DNA of 64,000 nucleotides. It comes from Paragordius varius (taxonomy: Eukaryota > Animalia > Nematomorpha). Location of the stretch: contig OZ176052.1 in assembly GCA_964247055.1 (NCBI GenBank), positions 3,782,001 through 3,846,000 on the forward strand, given 5' to 3'. The notes beneath the pieces are model-generated. The model ran no database searches, was not told the origin of the DNA, and worked only from the letters and a program-made list of their open reading frames with translations. Both the position numbers and the translations under genes were made by a program. How positions within the stretch are numbered: the stretch's first letter is position 1; every line of letters starts with the position of its first letter. Below, in pieces: positions 41,749 through 54,948 of this stretch.

Positions 41749-44700
41749 TTTAAAAGAATCATGTAAAATTTATTTAATAAGTTTGATGACAACAACAACA
41801 AAGTTAGATGTATTTAAAATCAATCAATGTCATTGTCAATTTTGTTTGTTTTCGTTACCTATCAAGCTGTTATTAAATATTTTGCTTTTTGAACACTTGG
41901 CCAAAAATATGAATTTTCATATACAACTAGGCCACATATTAAAATTTGGATAATTCATTCATATCGTTACTTGTTTTGATTTATCGATCTTCAAATTTAA
42001 ATTTGATAATACTTTTCATATCTAATGGTAAACAGTATAATTAATTTAATTATAAACATAAGGAAGATTAAACCTTAAAAATTTTTTATTTTGACATCAT
42101 TATTCAGAAATTATGTGCTATTGAAATTTGTTCAAAGCGTTTTTTTTTCAATGTGCAAAAGAGCTCTAAAAAATGTTTAAAAATAAAAAATGGATATCAA
42201 TCAAAAATTTACTATTATTTAGCAGATATATCATCCAAAATTGGGCTCAAAATAAATAAAAAAACCAAAAATTATCAAAGCAGGGGCGAAGATATATTTG
42301 TTCGAACCCTGGTGTAAAATTCTTGCTTGTCTCTTGATTCTGTATAAGAATTGTTAGCATTTTAATAATTACATTTGGATCCTTATGATTTGTAGTTGTG
42401 CCCAGAGTAGTATAAAACTGCAATTTTTGATAAGAGGGTAAACTTCTAGACCGGAAAAAAATAATAATCCTGAAGGCTTATGACTGCAATCATCGGTTAT
42501 CAGAAAATGCTATAATTGCAAATTTCTGTATTGTTTTCATTATGTCTGTGTTTCAAAATTTATTACATTACTAATCAAAATAGATATACTCCTGCCAAAT
42601 GGTTTAAATTTATATTAAAGGTATAATTATATTTTTATTTGAACCGTACACCTGGAACCAGAATTAGGCTTTTTGGAACCAATCTACTTCTGTTTCTAAT
42701 TTTTTAAAATTTTAAAACCGACATTGGTTTGATATTTATTTTTATACTCTATAATGGGCTTTTACCATATGTTCGACTTAAAAATAAAAAAATCGTTTTT
42801 TAGGATGTTAAAAAAATCGAACAAAAAAATTTCAGAATTACAAAAAATTTACATAGTTTTAAGATTCATAAATTTAATAAGTGCGATTCCGTCTGTCGAC
42901 TAATATTTTTCAGACACGGGGAATTATATGTAAGCCAACTTAGAATTGTTTGATTATAATCAATGCGCCATTGTTTCTAGTTTTATAATTCTGTTAAACG
43001 GAGCTTTGTATTTAAAACTTCTAACTTTATGTATAAGATAATATTTTAATAACTCCATAATATATTTAATAAAAATAACGAGTTCTGAAATCCTTTTTGG
43101 ACGCAACCCGCATAGGTTTTCTTTTTATTATCCAAAATAATTTGACTTCTGTAAAGCCCTGTTTTTAACCAGATAATTGCGCAATCATATGGAATACAAG
43201 CCTATGATTTGCATTAGAAACCAAATTTTATCAATTAACTTGATATGATCTGATGTCCAATACCCATTTATAATTCTATTTCAGATATATTATTGTATAT
43301 AGAGTCAAAATATATAGCTTAACTGTGTACCATAGTCATTTTTCCGGTCATACTTGCGTCAATTGAAAATCTAATTTACTGAACATTTGATTTCATTTGC
43401 TACAATCAATTAATTTTTAATTTATATGTTTGAATTATAGTTTAGTCATAAAATAAATGGTAATAACTTTAAGAATATTCTTCCCGTACCAATCAATAAA
43501 GTTAATTGAATATTTAAAATTCGTGACCGGTCCAAACCGATAAGGCTAAAAATAAATTTTAAAGCAATAAGTTTGTGTAAAATACTTTAATTCAAATGTT
43601 TTTAGGATGTGTATTTGTTCAAAAGTGTGTTATTATTATAATTCAAAAAACGCACGATTCTTAAAATTAAAATCTCTTAATGATACATGAAATAACTGAA
43701 AAAATCATTTTAATTAAAGATGATTAACCCATTCTGCTCCAACATAAATATCAGAGCTAAGGAGCGAGGTTTGCTATCTATTATGCATTTTTTATCAGCA
43801 ATAGAGCTTAGGGCAAAAAGATTAAAAATCGGGTTTAAACCACCAAAAAATGTAATAGTCTCAGGATTGTTGAGGAGAATGGAGCCGGAATAGATTTATT
43901 TTAAAAATTCTAATAGGGTCATTGTCAAAAAATTTAATAAAAACCCAAAGGCATGGGTTACCAAAACCGGTTCTTAACCTTAGGTATAAGGTTAACCAAA
44001 ATCTAAATTTTGCTTGTTATTCTATGTTTATTTGAATATTAAGGCGAAATGATTTTTTATATGGTTAACTTGAGTATTTGAACGATACACAAAATTCCAA
44101 TAACCGTTGATTTCTTGTAACTAATTATATTTAACGCTATGAACAATGCCATGTCTATCTTCAAAAACTAATAATTTTTTTAGCTCTCATTTTGAGGTGA
44201 TTTGTTAATTCATTGATAAAAATCTTCTGTAAATTGTATGTTTCGTATTTTTTAATTATTAACCCTGCGCGTGGCTGCGACACAGACGAAACAATAATCT
44301 ATCAAATAGCCTTCAAAAAGGAAATCCGAGAATATAAATGTTAATAATTAAATTTTAATGAATATACACTATTCGCGAAAGATCACTTCAAAGTCATGTT
44401 TGTGAAGGCGTATTTTATATAAGGTGCGGCTCTACCTAAGACTAATTTAATAAAAGCAACCATAATCTTATCTTGACCTTTATCAGATAAATGCATAGGG
44501 GTAAGGGAGTGTGTATGAACACTGGTTTCATTTAAAAACGTGTATTACCCATGTTAGGCGCTTTAATAAATTAAAAAAAAATATTTTTATGGTAATGTGA
44601 CCAGATAGGCTGTTTTTCGCAGTATAGTACTGGGTTTTTGGAACTGCGCCTGTACTGCGCCCACTTTTGTACTGCTTTTTGAAATTAAAAAAAATTTTTT

Positions 44701-45734
44701 TTATAAAACCTTTTATTTATTTAAAAAAAAATTTTAGAACTTAATATAGTACCCTGCGGTAAAAAACTAAGATTGGCCTATTTGTAATTGGTTAATATTT
44801 TATTTCTGATCGAATTATACATAATACTTAAGATTGCAGCCTTTCGCTCAGTGGCGAAACTATAAATTTCGGACTCCACACAGTACGATTCAGAATGGCT
44901 CTTTTCAGGGCTTCCGGAAAAAGAGGCCTTAAAATTTAAAATTAACAAAATCAATTTATGATATTTTAATAAATGTTAGATCAAGTTTAGAAAGTTCATT
45001 ATTTGTTATAATTATCAAACAGAAAATTATATAGAAAATTCTTATTCCCGTAACATATTATATGATTTCGGATAACTTTTTTTTATTTAAAATTTAGGAG
45101 TTTTTACGTTTTCTATACTAATTAGGTGAGATGCAAGATATTACATAATTTTTTTTCCTAAACTTTATTTTTTATTAGTTTTCTTATTTTTTTGCATAAA
45201 CAAATATGAGATATTTTATTGAAGCGTACTTCCGATTTTGAAGCATGATAGAAATGGTTTAACGCTTTAAGATGTAATAAATCCCTTTTTCTAAATAATT
45301 CAATGATGTTAAACATTACTATAGGTTCAAGTTTTTAATTTAAAGGTTTTGCTTGCAAATTTTGGTGAATTTTTGTAAAAAAACACAATTTTTATTAACA
45401 TAAATTTGAAAGCGAACGAATATTTTAATCAAAATTTTGATTAAGAATTGGCATTATCGAATTATATATATAAAACGTTATAACATCTCAACCGTTTATA
45501 TTGTTTCCATCATGTTAAAAATAATATGAAATACGCTTAAGCAAAATTTTGATAAAAATTAAATTTTTGAAAGTGTATATTTTTTAAAAAATATATTTGG
45601 TTGATATCAAAATTTAGTATATATTTAAAAATAGAGCACAATGTCGGATTTTTGCAACAGTTCATTTTAAAAAAGCCAAAAAATGCAGAGCCCACATCTA
45701 ATTAAATTTTTAAAACTATTTTTTGCTATATGTA

Positions 45735-48700
45735 TAAGGTGACCAGATTTTTTGAAGGAAAAAGCGGGACAAATCTGAGAAGGTGAAGGGGGGTCGTTGG
45801 GAGGTACAACCAAAAATTTTTATACAAAAAATTTATTGTAATATTTATTTATTTTTAACACAAATACATTATAAATATAAAAAAATTTGTACCTCACAGG
45901 TTGTTTGTACCTTATTCAATAAATTTACATGTGCAGAAACAAAGGGTGAAGATTGTAATATTCTAGAAAAAAATAATAAAGACGAAATCATCACAAAGTT
46001 CGCTGGGTGATGCAAGAAGCGGCACAAAAAATATTTTTAACAATTTAGCTAATCTTAATCAAAACATTATTGGCAGATACACAACGCTATTCAAACAGCT
46101 ACTGATTTGTTACCTGCTTGGATATTGTAAAACTGTTGGTTAGCTCTTTTGCCAGCGATCGAAATATTTATAAAAATGTGATCTCCTAGAATCCTATTTT
46201 TTATCACAGGACAAAGGTCAAAATTCCACAAAAAAGGTTAGAAAATAATTTTATACCATTACCTAATCGCAATATTATAAAGCATCCAGAAAAACAAGGC
46301 TTAATGAATATCCAGAATATAAAAATGTTTTATACAAACAGAAACGATTATTTGGAACACAAGACGGTGCACAATGAACTTTTTTATGAAGTCTCATTAT
46401 ATTAAATAAATATATTGAATGAAAACTTATATTATGGACAACAGAAAGAAATACGTAGGATAGAAATGGTTAAAATAATCATTTTTAAACAAATTATGTT
46501 CCATACAATAATATTTTAATTCTGGAATTTGCATTATCTTTACCTGAACAACTGCTAATGAAGGCGTTCCACAGAAAATTAAGAAAGGACACGGAATCAA
46601 ATTTAAATGTTAAATAAAAGCCATTTTATGTGTTCAAATATAATTTGACAAATTATGAAGACTTATACAATATTTTAAGCAATTTTGTTACTTTTTTAAC
46701 ACAAAAACTTTAAATAAAATATTTTAGTCTTTGGTATATTTTTTGTTTGAGTGAATGCTTTTTAGCAGATTGTCATCATTTTTTAAAATATTGTAAAACT
46801 TCACAAGAATTTGTCAAATTATATTTGACAGATAAAACGGCCTTTAAAGTTTCAACATTTAAATTTGATTTTTCCGATGTCCACACCTGATTTACTGTGC
46901 AAAAAACGAGCTCAGTAGCAGCGTTGGTTCCAGGTAAAGATAGTGTCAATTCCACAATTTTCAAAATATTATTGTATGTAATATAGTTGGCTTCAAAATG
47001 ATGAAATATTTCCAACCATTTTTTTTCTACTGTATATTTTTCTTTTGTCCATAATTTATGTTTTTCAATATTAATATATCTTTTAACTAATGATACTTCA
47101 GAAAAAGATCATTTTCTGAAAGATTACTTTTTGAGAATTTTTGGGAGCAGATATAATTAAATGATTTTTGAACATCGCACTAATCATCTGATTTTAATGT
47201 TATCCAATGAAAATGAATTGCGTCGTTCAGTCTTCCAAATAATCTTTACATTTTGTATAAAACATTTTTATATGGTGCATGATATCTTGGCGATTTATTA
47301 AACCTTGTTTTTCTAAATTATTTATTATATTGCGGATGGTTAATGGTATAAAATTATTTTCTAACCGTTCTTGACATTGGAATTTTAGGTTACTAACTTC
47401 ATTGGCTACTTCGATTGCCGAAATTTTGTCATCTTCTAAATTTAGTGACATTTTGAAAAAGAGAAGCTTGATTATGTAAGAATTTTAACCATATTTTTTA
47501 AAAATCACTTTCAAAAAACTTTAAGTGGTAGCACATTTGTCCTGAGGTAAAAAAAGATTTTAAAGGATCATACATTTTTAAAATTCTTTTAATAGCTAGC
47601 ATAAAAGCTAACAAACGAGTTTTACAATATCCAAGCATTTTTTGATATTGAACTTCTGCATTTTCACATAATTCTTTAAGCGTTTCAACATGTACCGTGT
47701 ATATATAAAAATAGGAATATATTTTAACAACTACATTTTCCACATCTAGGGGTAACAAATCAGCAGCTGTTTGAATAGCGTTGTGTATTATATGCGCTGC
47801 ACACCCAACGCTAATAATGGTTTGATTAAGATTATCTGCTAATTTATGAAAAATATTTTTTGTCCCTCCTTGCTTTTCCACCAAAGTTCGTATTGGTGTT
47901 GTCAGCGCAATATGCGATAATTTTGTCTTTTAAATTATTTTTTTCTAGAATATGCATTATTGAAGTAAATATTATTTCGTAATTTTCACCGGGTAGGGAA
48001 ATTAAATTTAAATTTTAATTTTTACTCCGGTTTCTGAATCAAAAAAATATCTTATCAAAGTGGGAAATAATTTTGTTTCATGGTGATTTGAAGCATCAGA
48101 GTATAGGGATAAGAAATTAATTTTTAGCAAATCTTTTTGTATTTCAGAAAATGCATGTGGCGAAAGGACATTGCACACAATGGCTTCAGCCTTTGTACGG
48201 GCACATGTAAATTTTTATGGAATAACGTGCGAATAACCTGTGAGGTACAGTCCATAGATCTAAAGGAATGATTGTGATTAACGGCGTGAAAAGATAACAC
48301 GCCCTCAGCTAGTGCCAAATTCTTTTCTTCCACTCCAAAAGCGGTTTTTCGAAAAAATCGCTCATTTTGTAAGATGATGCCGTCATATCTAAACATTTTT
48401 TATGTTTCTGTGTTTCCATATGCTTTGTAATATCATGCTTGCCGCCATGTGCTAGGGTGAATTCCCCCTCGCATATAAGACATTTAACAGATGATTCATT
48501 CTTCGTTTTTTTAATAAAAGGAAAATCTTTCATTAATTCATCGTTGAATTTACAACCTCTTTTTGTGCTCATATTTATAAACTACTATTAGTATAATAAA
48601 TATTATATTACCTTAATTTTCTGAAATAAACGTGTAAGGTACCGATTTGTGGTATCAATTTGTCTTTTAAGCTACCGATTTGTGGTATTAATTTGGCTTT

Positions 48701-49139
48701 TTCATAATGTTGGCAAGTAATAAAACTAAAATATTAGTATAAAAAATATTATATTACCTTAATTTTCTGAAATAAACGTGTAAGGTACCGATTTGTGGTA
48801 TCAATTTGTCTTTTAATCTAGAGATTTGTGGTATTAACTTGGCTTTTTGATAATAATGACAGTAGTAGTAGGAAGGAAAGTGTATAATCATTTGATATAA
48901 ATTCGAAAAAAATAAATATTTTTAATTTAAAAATAAAAAATTTTAATTTAAAATGGATATAGATTATAAAGATATTTAATGATAAAAAAATTTAAACGGA
49001 AAAAAATTTATTTGTATTAAAAAAAATTTTTTTTATATAATCATGAAAAAGCGGGACATTTTAAAAACGTAGCGGGACGCGGGACAAAATGTGAAAAAGC
49101 GGGACTGTCCCGCCAAAAGCGGGACGTCTGGTCACCTTA
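45735..49139 (-). mobile_element. hAT transposon, Blackjack-type ends; most complete transposase (frameshifted)
   Basis: TIR taaggtgaccaga...tctggtcacctta; TSD TATATGTA both sides; minus-strand fragments 48572 to 46776 (MSTKRGCKFN.., YSDASNH, ADN, GCAAHIIHN, KTRL, PGTNAATE). Confidence 0.93.
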
Positions 49140-50489
49140 TATATGTAGTGTATGTTATATTTTAGTGATATTGTTTAAAATTAAGCATTTAGCTTTCACC
49201 AAAAAATATATTTGAAAAAATTGCGCACCTTTCGCAATTTATACGGAGCACCTACCACAAAAGTGTAAATATCTTTAATAATTCGTAAAGGTTAAAACCA
49301 AAAGCACCACTATAATCCTGATATTTTCCTATCAGAATATATACATATCATCAGGATATTTTTTGTGGAAATGTAATATATCCCACCGATGGTGTAAAAA
49401 CAGGGAAAATATGTTTTAATTTTGTACTGCGTCCAAGTTCAAAATATCTGGTCACATTATTTTATGGTAAATGAAGGCGATCCCCTTTTACCCAAAATTT
49501 CTTCAAAGAAATGGTTTCTCAGAATTTCTTAATACAAAAAAGTATAATTAACCATACTCACTGCATTTCAATACGGATATAAAAATTTGTTGTACCTTAA
49601 TGGATTTACATGATTTTTGAAAAATTACTGCAAAGTTAATATTCTACATTTTTAAAAAATTGATTTGCCGGTAATCATTTTTAAAGTATTGGAAAATTAT
49701 TTAAGTGATTAATTTGGATATTAAACACGACGATCCCCATGTTGCTTTAACACACTCATAGAAGGGTTCAAGGCAACTCTGTTTCAAATTACAAAAGCAT
49801 ATTATAGGTTAAATAAACAATATTAATATATATTTATTTATTTTAATAGTAACAACACCATCAATTCCTGGTACTGCTTCATGACCTTCTACCTTTTTAT
49901 ACTCGTTGACATGTTGGGGTAGTTTTATATCCCAGAGCTCATTTCGTAAATAAACCACTGCTTCAAACGTTATTTTAGCTAGAATATAATTGTGAATTTT
50001 TGTTCTCATGTATTAGATAAATATATGTTTACATTATGTGTAAGACTCTAAGGTTGAGACAGCGCCAAAACATTTTTGAAACGAACAGCTGATATTAAAA
50101 TCAAAATAAATCAAGTTTTTGCTGGTAAAATGCAGCAAAGCTTTTTACAATGGATTATTTATATTTACTGACCATAATATACATTTATTTGGCTATTAAC
50201 GATTTAAAATTTAAAAATTGCAGCGAAAAGGTTTTTTTATTTTACATTTTTAAAAAAATTTGTTTTATGGGCCTAAAAGGCCTTTATATCTTACTTTTTA
50301 ATTTATATTCCGATCGCTCTAGAACAGGGCTTCTTAGACTTTTGTAATTCCCGACCCCATTAATAATAGCGAGTTTCTTAACGACCCCAACAATTCGAAA
50401 AACGCTTAGAATTGTTGATAATATTTATCAGGATTATTTCGGTTTTAAGAGATTGACAAAAATAAATCTGCATTTTTTATAAATTTCTA

Positions 50490-51851
50490 TACCATTTTTC
50501 ATGCAAAAACATCATTTTTTCAACCAAATGCAACATTTTTTCAACCAAACGCAACATTTTTTCAAGCAAACGCAACATTTTTTCAAGCAAAGACATCATT
50601 TTTTCAAGCAAACGCAACATTTTTTCAAGCAAACGCAACATTTTTTCAAGCAAACGCAACATTTTTTCATCCAAACGCAACATTTTTTCAACCAAAGACA
50701 ACATTTTTTCAAGCAAAAACAACAATTTTTTAAAAATTAAAAACCATTTTTTTTATTTTAAGACATATTAAATTTAAAGTTAATGGAAATTAATTTTAGC
50801 GTAGAATTATGATTTTTATTATTTTATAATAAATATGTGATGGTATGATTGATTTTCAAACAAAATTTTGCCCATAATTGCATTATTTATATTATATTTT
50901 TTCTTTTACAACAGTTTCACTAAATCAATAAATACAACTTGCGCTTTAAGAGTGTCTTGTTTAAAGTTTCTTTCATTTTTTTGCAAACAACCGTTATTTT
51001 CGTATGTAATTATCTATTTTTTTTAATTTAAACTAATATCTTTATTTATTAGTAATTGAATCAAAAATAATATTTTTATAGTAAAAACATCTTTATTTGT
51101 TTCGAACTAATTTTCTTTAAATCAATATTATTGACTTATTGTTGTTTTAAACTAAATATTACGATTAATAACCCACAAATCCTTGATGTTTAATAATGTT
51201 AAATTTTTTATAAAAAATAATATTGATATATATACGGTTCTTATGAAAGAAATGGTATTCCCTTAAAAGTTTAGGAAATAAAGAAAATAGGTTAATGATA
51301 GGATAGATGAATATAATATTGCTTGATTAATAAAAGTTAGAATCAAAATTAAAATATTGAAGGACCAAATTGAAGTGTTCTAGGACCAACTTTAAATTTT
51401 CAAGGACAATTTTGAAGCGCAAAATGTATGGACTGATAAGGTTAAACTAAAGTTGTAAAAGAATAAAATAATATAAATAATGCAATTATGGGCAAAATTT
51501 TGTTTGAAAATCAATCATACCATCACATATTTATGATAAAATAATAAAAATCATAATTCTACGCTTAAATTAATTTCCATTACTTTAAATTTAATATGTC
51601 TTAAAATAAAAAAAATGGTTTTTAATTTTTAAAAAATTGTTGTTTTTGCTTGAAAAAATGTTGTCTTTGGTTGAAAAAATGTTGCGTTTGCTTGAAAAAA
51701 TGTTGCGTTTGCTTGAAAAAATGTTGCGTTTGCTTGAAAAAATGATGTCTTTGCTTGAAAAAATGTTGCGTTTGCTTGAAAAAATGTTGCGTTTGGTTGA
51801 AAAAATGTTGCATTTGGTTGAAAAAATGATGTTTTTGCATGAAAAATGGTA
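50490..51851. mobile_element. Foldback-type element, about 400-bp TIRs built on a 21-bp tandem repeat
   Basis: ta|TACCATTTTTCATG...CATGAAAAATGGTA|ta; arms contain ttttttcaagcaaacgcaaca repeats; the site is empty in the sister hAT near 15945-15955. Confidence 0.88.
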
Positions 51852-51904
51852 TATAATATCTTCTGATTGATAGTAAATTTATACAAGATATTATAATGAT
51901 CGGC

Positions 51905-53978
51905 GGTCCCTTTTTAAAGGAAAGAATGATATTATACAAATTCCCCAGAAATGTGTTTAAGTGAACTCATATGGCTTCTTAATTTTTTAAAAATTAGATC
52001 CAAAACCACGCCATTTTTGTATGGTGTCTCAGTTACCGTTAGACCTCTACCCATAGACCTATATGGAAAAAGCGCTGACTTAAATTATTAGCCTTTATAG
52101 GGCAAATATTTGAATCATCTTTGATACCATCGTCTCATGGATTTTCGAAAAAATACCTTAACACTAAATTATCGTTATATGATGGCGTATTTTTAGGGCA
52201 TAAAGGCCCCAAATTAACGGCTAATAAAAAAACGCCTGATTTTTTTACCTTGTTACGGATATCAAGCTTTTAATGAGCTCATATGGCTTCATGATTTTCT
52301 GTAAATTACCTCCAAAACAAAGTGAATAGTGGCGCAGTTTTTGCCGGGTAGCTCCTAATCCAGGGCAGGTATAAAAAAGCGCTGGTTAAAATTGCCCTCA
52401 TATGGGGATTATCTGGAATTATCATGGAATCCATTCCTATTAGAATCATAGGTTTTCTGAAATTTGGCTCCAAAGGTATGCTATATCGATATGGTGACGC
52501 AGTTTTACGCGGGTAGCCTCTAACCAGGGACGAAACGAAAAACGCACGATTAGATTTGCCTTATTCGGGTAATACCTGGAATCATGATTGATTCCATATG
52601 CTCTCGTGGTGCCCCAAAACCAAAAAGTCACTCTATGGTGGCGCATTTTTCAGAGCAAGGGCCTAACTGGGTAATTTAATAAAACCGCTTTACTCAAATT
52701 TTTGCCTTTTTAGGGTAATATTTCGAGCCCTTATTGAACTCATATGGCCTGATAAGCTTTCTAAAATTTGCCTCCAAAGTCACGCTGTATCGATATGGAT
52801 GCGCAGTTGTTGGCGGGTAGCCCCCTACCCAGAGGCCAATATAAAAACGACGTTCGTAAAAAATTTTGTCTTTATAGGTTAATAGCTGGAATCATCATTC
52901 ATTCCTTATGTTACTAATAGTTTTTGGAATGGCTTCACTATCAATCATAGCGCATTTTTTAGGGCGTAAAGGGCCTAATTAACGGCTAATCTAAAAAAAC
53001 CGCTGGACTTTTATAAGTTAAAATAAAAACCCGGAAATTTTTATATAAATATAAAAAATCAATAATTAAGAAATTACCAAATCGTAATATTTCAGGCCTA
53101 TATTAAATTTATGTGGCCTGATAAGTTTTTTGAAAACTAACTCCTAAACAACGCAATTTCGATATGGTGGCGCAGTTTTAGGCGGGTAGCTCCTTACCCA
53201 AACGCTGATACAAAAAAGCGCATGATTAAAATTTTTGCGTTTTTACGGATAGGAATCATTATTGATTCCTTGTGCTCTCATTAGTTGTTGGAAAAATTGC
53301 CTTAAAACTAAAAAATCATTCTATAGTGGCGTATTTTCAGGGCGTGAATAAAAAATCATACGACCTAAATTTTTGCCTTGTTATGGGCAATATTTTAAGC
53401 ACCTATTGAACTCATATGGCATGATAGGTTTTTTGAAATTTAGCCCCAAAGGCACGCCCATATGACAGAGCAGTTTTTAGCGGATATCTCCTTACCCAGC
53501 TGCCAATATAAAAAAACGCTCGACTAAAATATTTGCCTTTTAACAAGGAATACCTGGAATCCTTATTGAATTTTTAGGGTATCATACCTTATGCGAAAAA
53601 TAGATTCAAAAAATTATATTTGTGGACATTTTTTTTTGGAAAAAAATGCATTTTACGGGGGGGGGGGGGCGGGTAAAAAGAGGGTTGAAATTAAAAAAGC
53701 GAGCCGACTATGTTCGAAATGAAAATAAGTAAAAAAAAATATATGAAATCAACTGGTCCAACAAGGTTTCAGGAAAATTGTCTTAAAGACATGATTTTTC
53801 AAAATAACCTGTTTTTTACACGGGGTGGGCCCGAACTGGGGGCCTAATTCAAAAAAAGCGATGTGTCGGGGCATTCATTTTAATGAATATATTTTTCGAC
53901 ATTTGGATTTGAATGGGTATACCGGTTTTCCAGAAACAGATTACAAAGCCGCATTTTCCATTTTTATAAATATATAGA
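51905..53978 (-). mobile_element. Helitron, 3'-truncated, with expanded internal tandem repeats
   Basis: Same 5' end (plus-strand ttttataaatatataga|t) and internal sequence as 15986-17215 and 61519-62524; CTAG end missing. Confidence 0.75.
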
Positions 53979-54590
53979 TTTTACAAGTTAAAAAACATTT
54001 TTTGTTAAATTTAATTTCTTGCGACCCCATAATTTTTCTAAGCGACCCCAAACGGGGTCGCGACCCACAGTTTAAGAAGCCCTGCTCTAGAATATAAAAC
54101 TATCCCATAATGGAGTGTTACCGTATTATTTTTATAGATAGTGTCATGTTTTTTCAAACTTTTGTTTATTCAAAATAGATCATAAATCTCTTTAAAAATA
54201 TGTAATCAATTGCGCTATGGTTGTTATCTTGTCAAAATTGCTAACGTTTTACCAAAAATATAAAAAATTGATAACTCAATACATTTTGTATTTTTAAAGT
54301 TGGACGCAATAACACAAAGTGTGTTTTATTGTATCAATAGGTAAAAGTTAAAAATCACCTTTTTGAGGTCTTAAACCAAACACAACTTATTTATGACACT
54401 TTGACAGGTAAAAAATACAAATAAAATTGACATTGATCGATTTTCCAAAACAATTCATTTAGTTGATGTTATTATGATGTCTAAAAAACATATAAAAGGG
54501 CAAATTTTTTAAGAGTTTTCACTTTTCATAATTATAACTTTAAACTTTTAATTACTTAATCTCTTACCTCATCATCCTATCAATTATAAA

Positions 54591-54905
54591 ATGGTCCGTT
54601 TTCTTCTTTGTTTAATAAGTGTTTTCTTGCTCGCAGTTGTTGGAGTATTCGGACAAAGTAACCTGCATATATTTCAAAATTCTTTAATTAAAAACTTTAA
54701 AAAAATGTGTGAATTTAAAAGGATCGTATGCAACCCTTGAAATTAGATCAATTTAATTTATTAATCCATTCAAATTTTAATAGTTTTCCCTTAAAAAGTG
54801 TAATATTTATATTATGTATATTTATTAGTACCCAATATTGGAGGCGTAGTGGGGTCCATTGGTGGAGGAATTCCAGGTAAATCATAAAATTTTATTTTTT
54901 TTCAA

Positions 54906-54948
<43 letters not shown>

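Larger units (their letters stand above)
50325..54084. mobile_element. hAT (Buster/Charlie-type) non-autonomous element with nested insertions
   Basis: TIRs cagggcttctta...taagaagccctg; TSD CTCTAGAA both sides, matching the NTCTAGAN preference of Charlie/Buster elements. Confidence 0.92.

Noticed and set aside
44850-45720. cagtggcgaaac start resembling a hAT/Tip100 TIR
   Set aside because: No matching right TIR or TSD found.
50477-51939. ORFs with perfect heptad repeats (LLEKMLR, QHFFKQT, ATFFQAN)
   Set aside because: They arise from the stop-free 21-bp repeat of the foldback TIRs, open in several frames on both strands and mirrored in both arms; no evidence of a coiled-coil gene.
51950-53600. 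Regularly spaced repeats suggesting a CRISPR array
   Set aside because: Long degenerate units with homologous spacers inside a Helitron in a eukaryotic genome; no cas genes.
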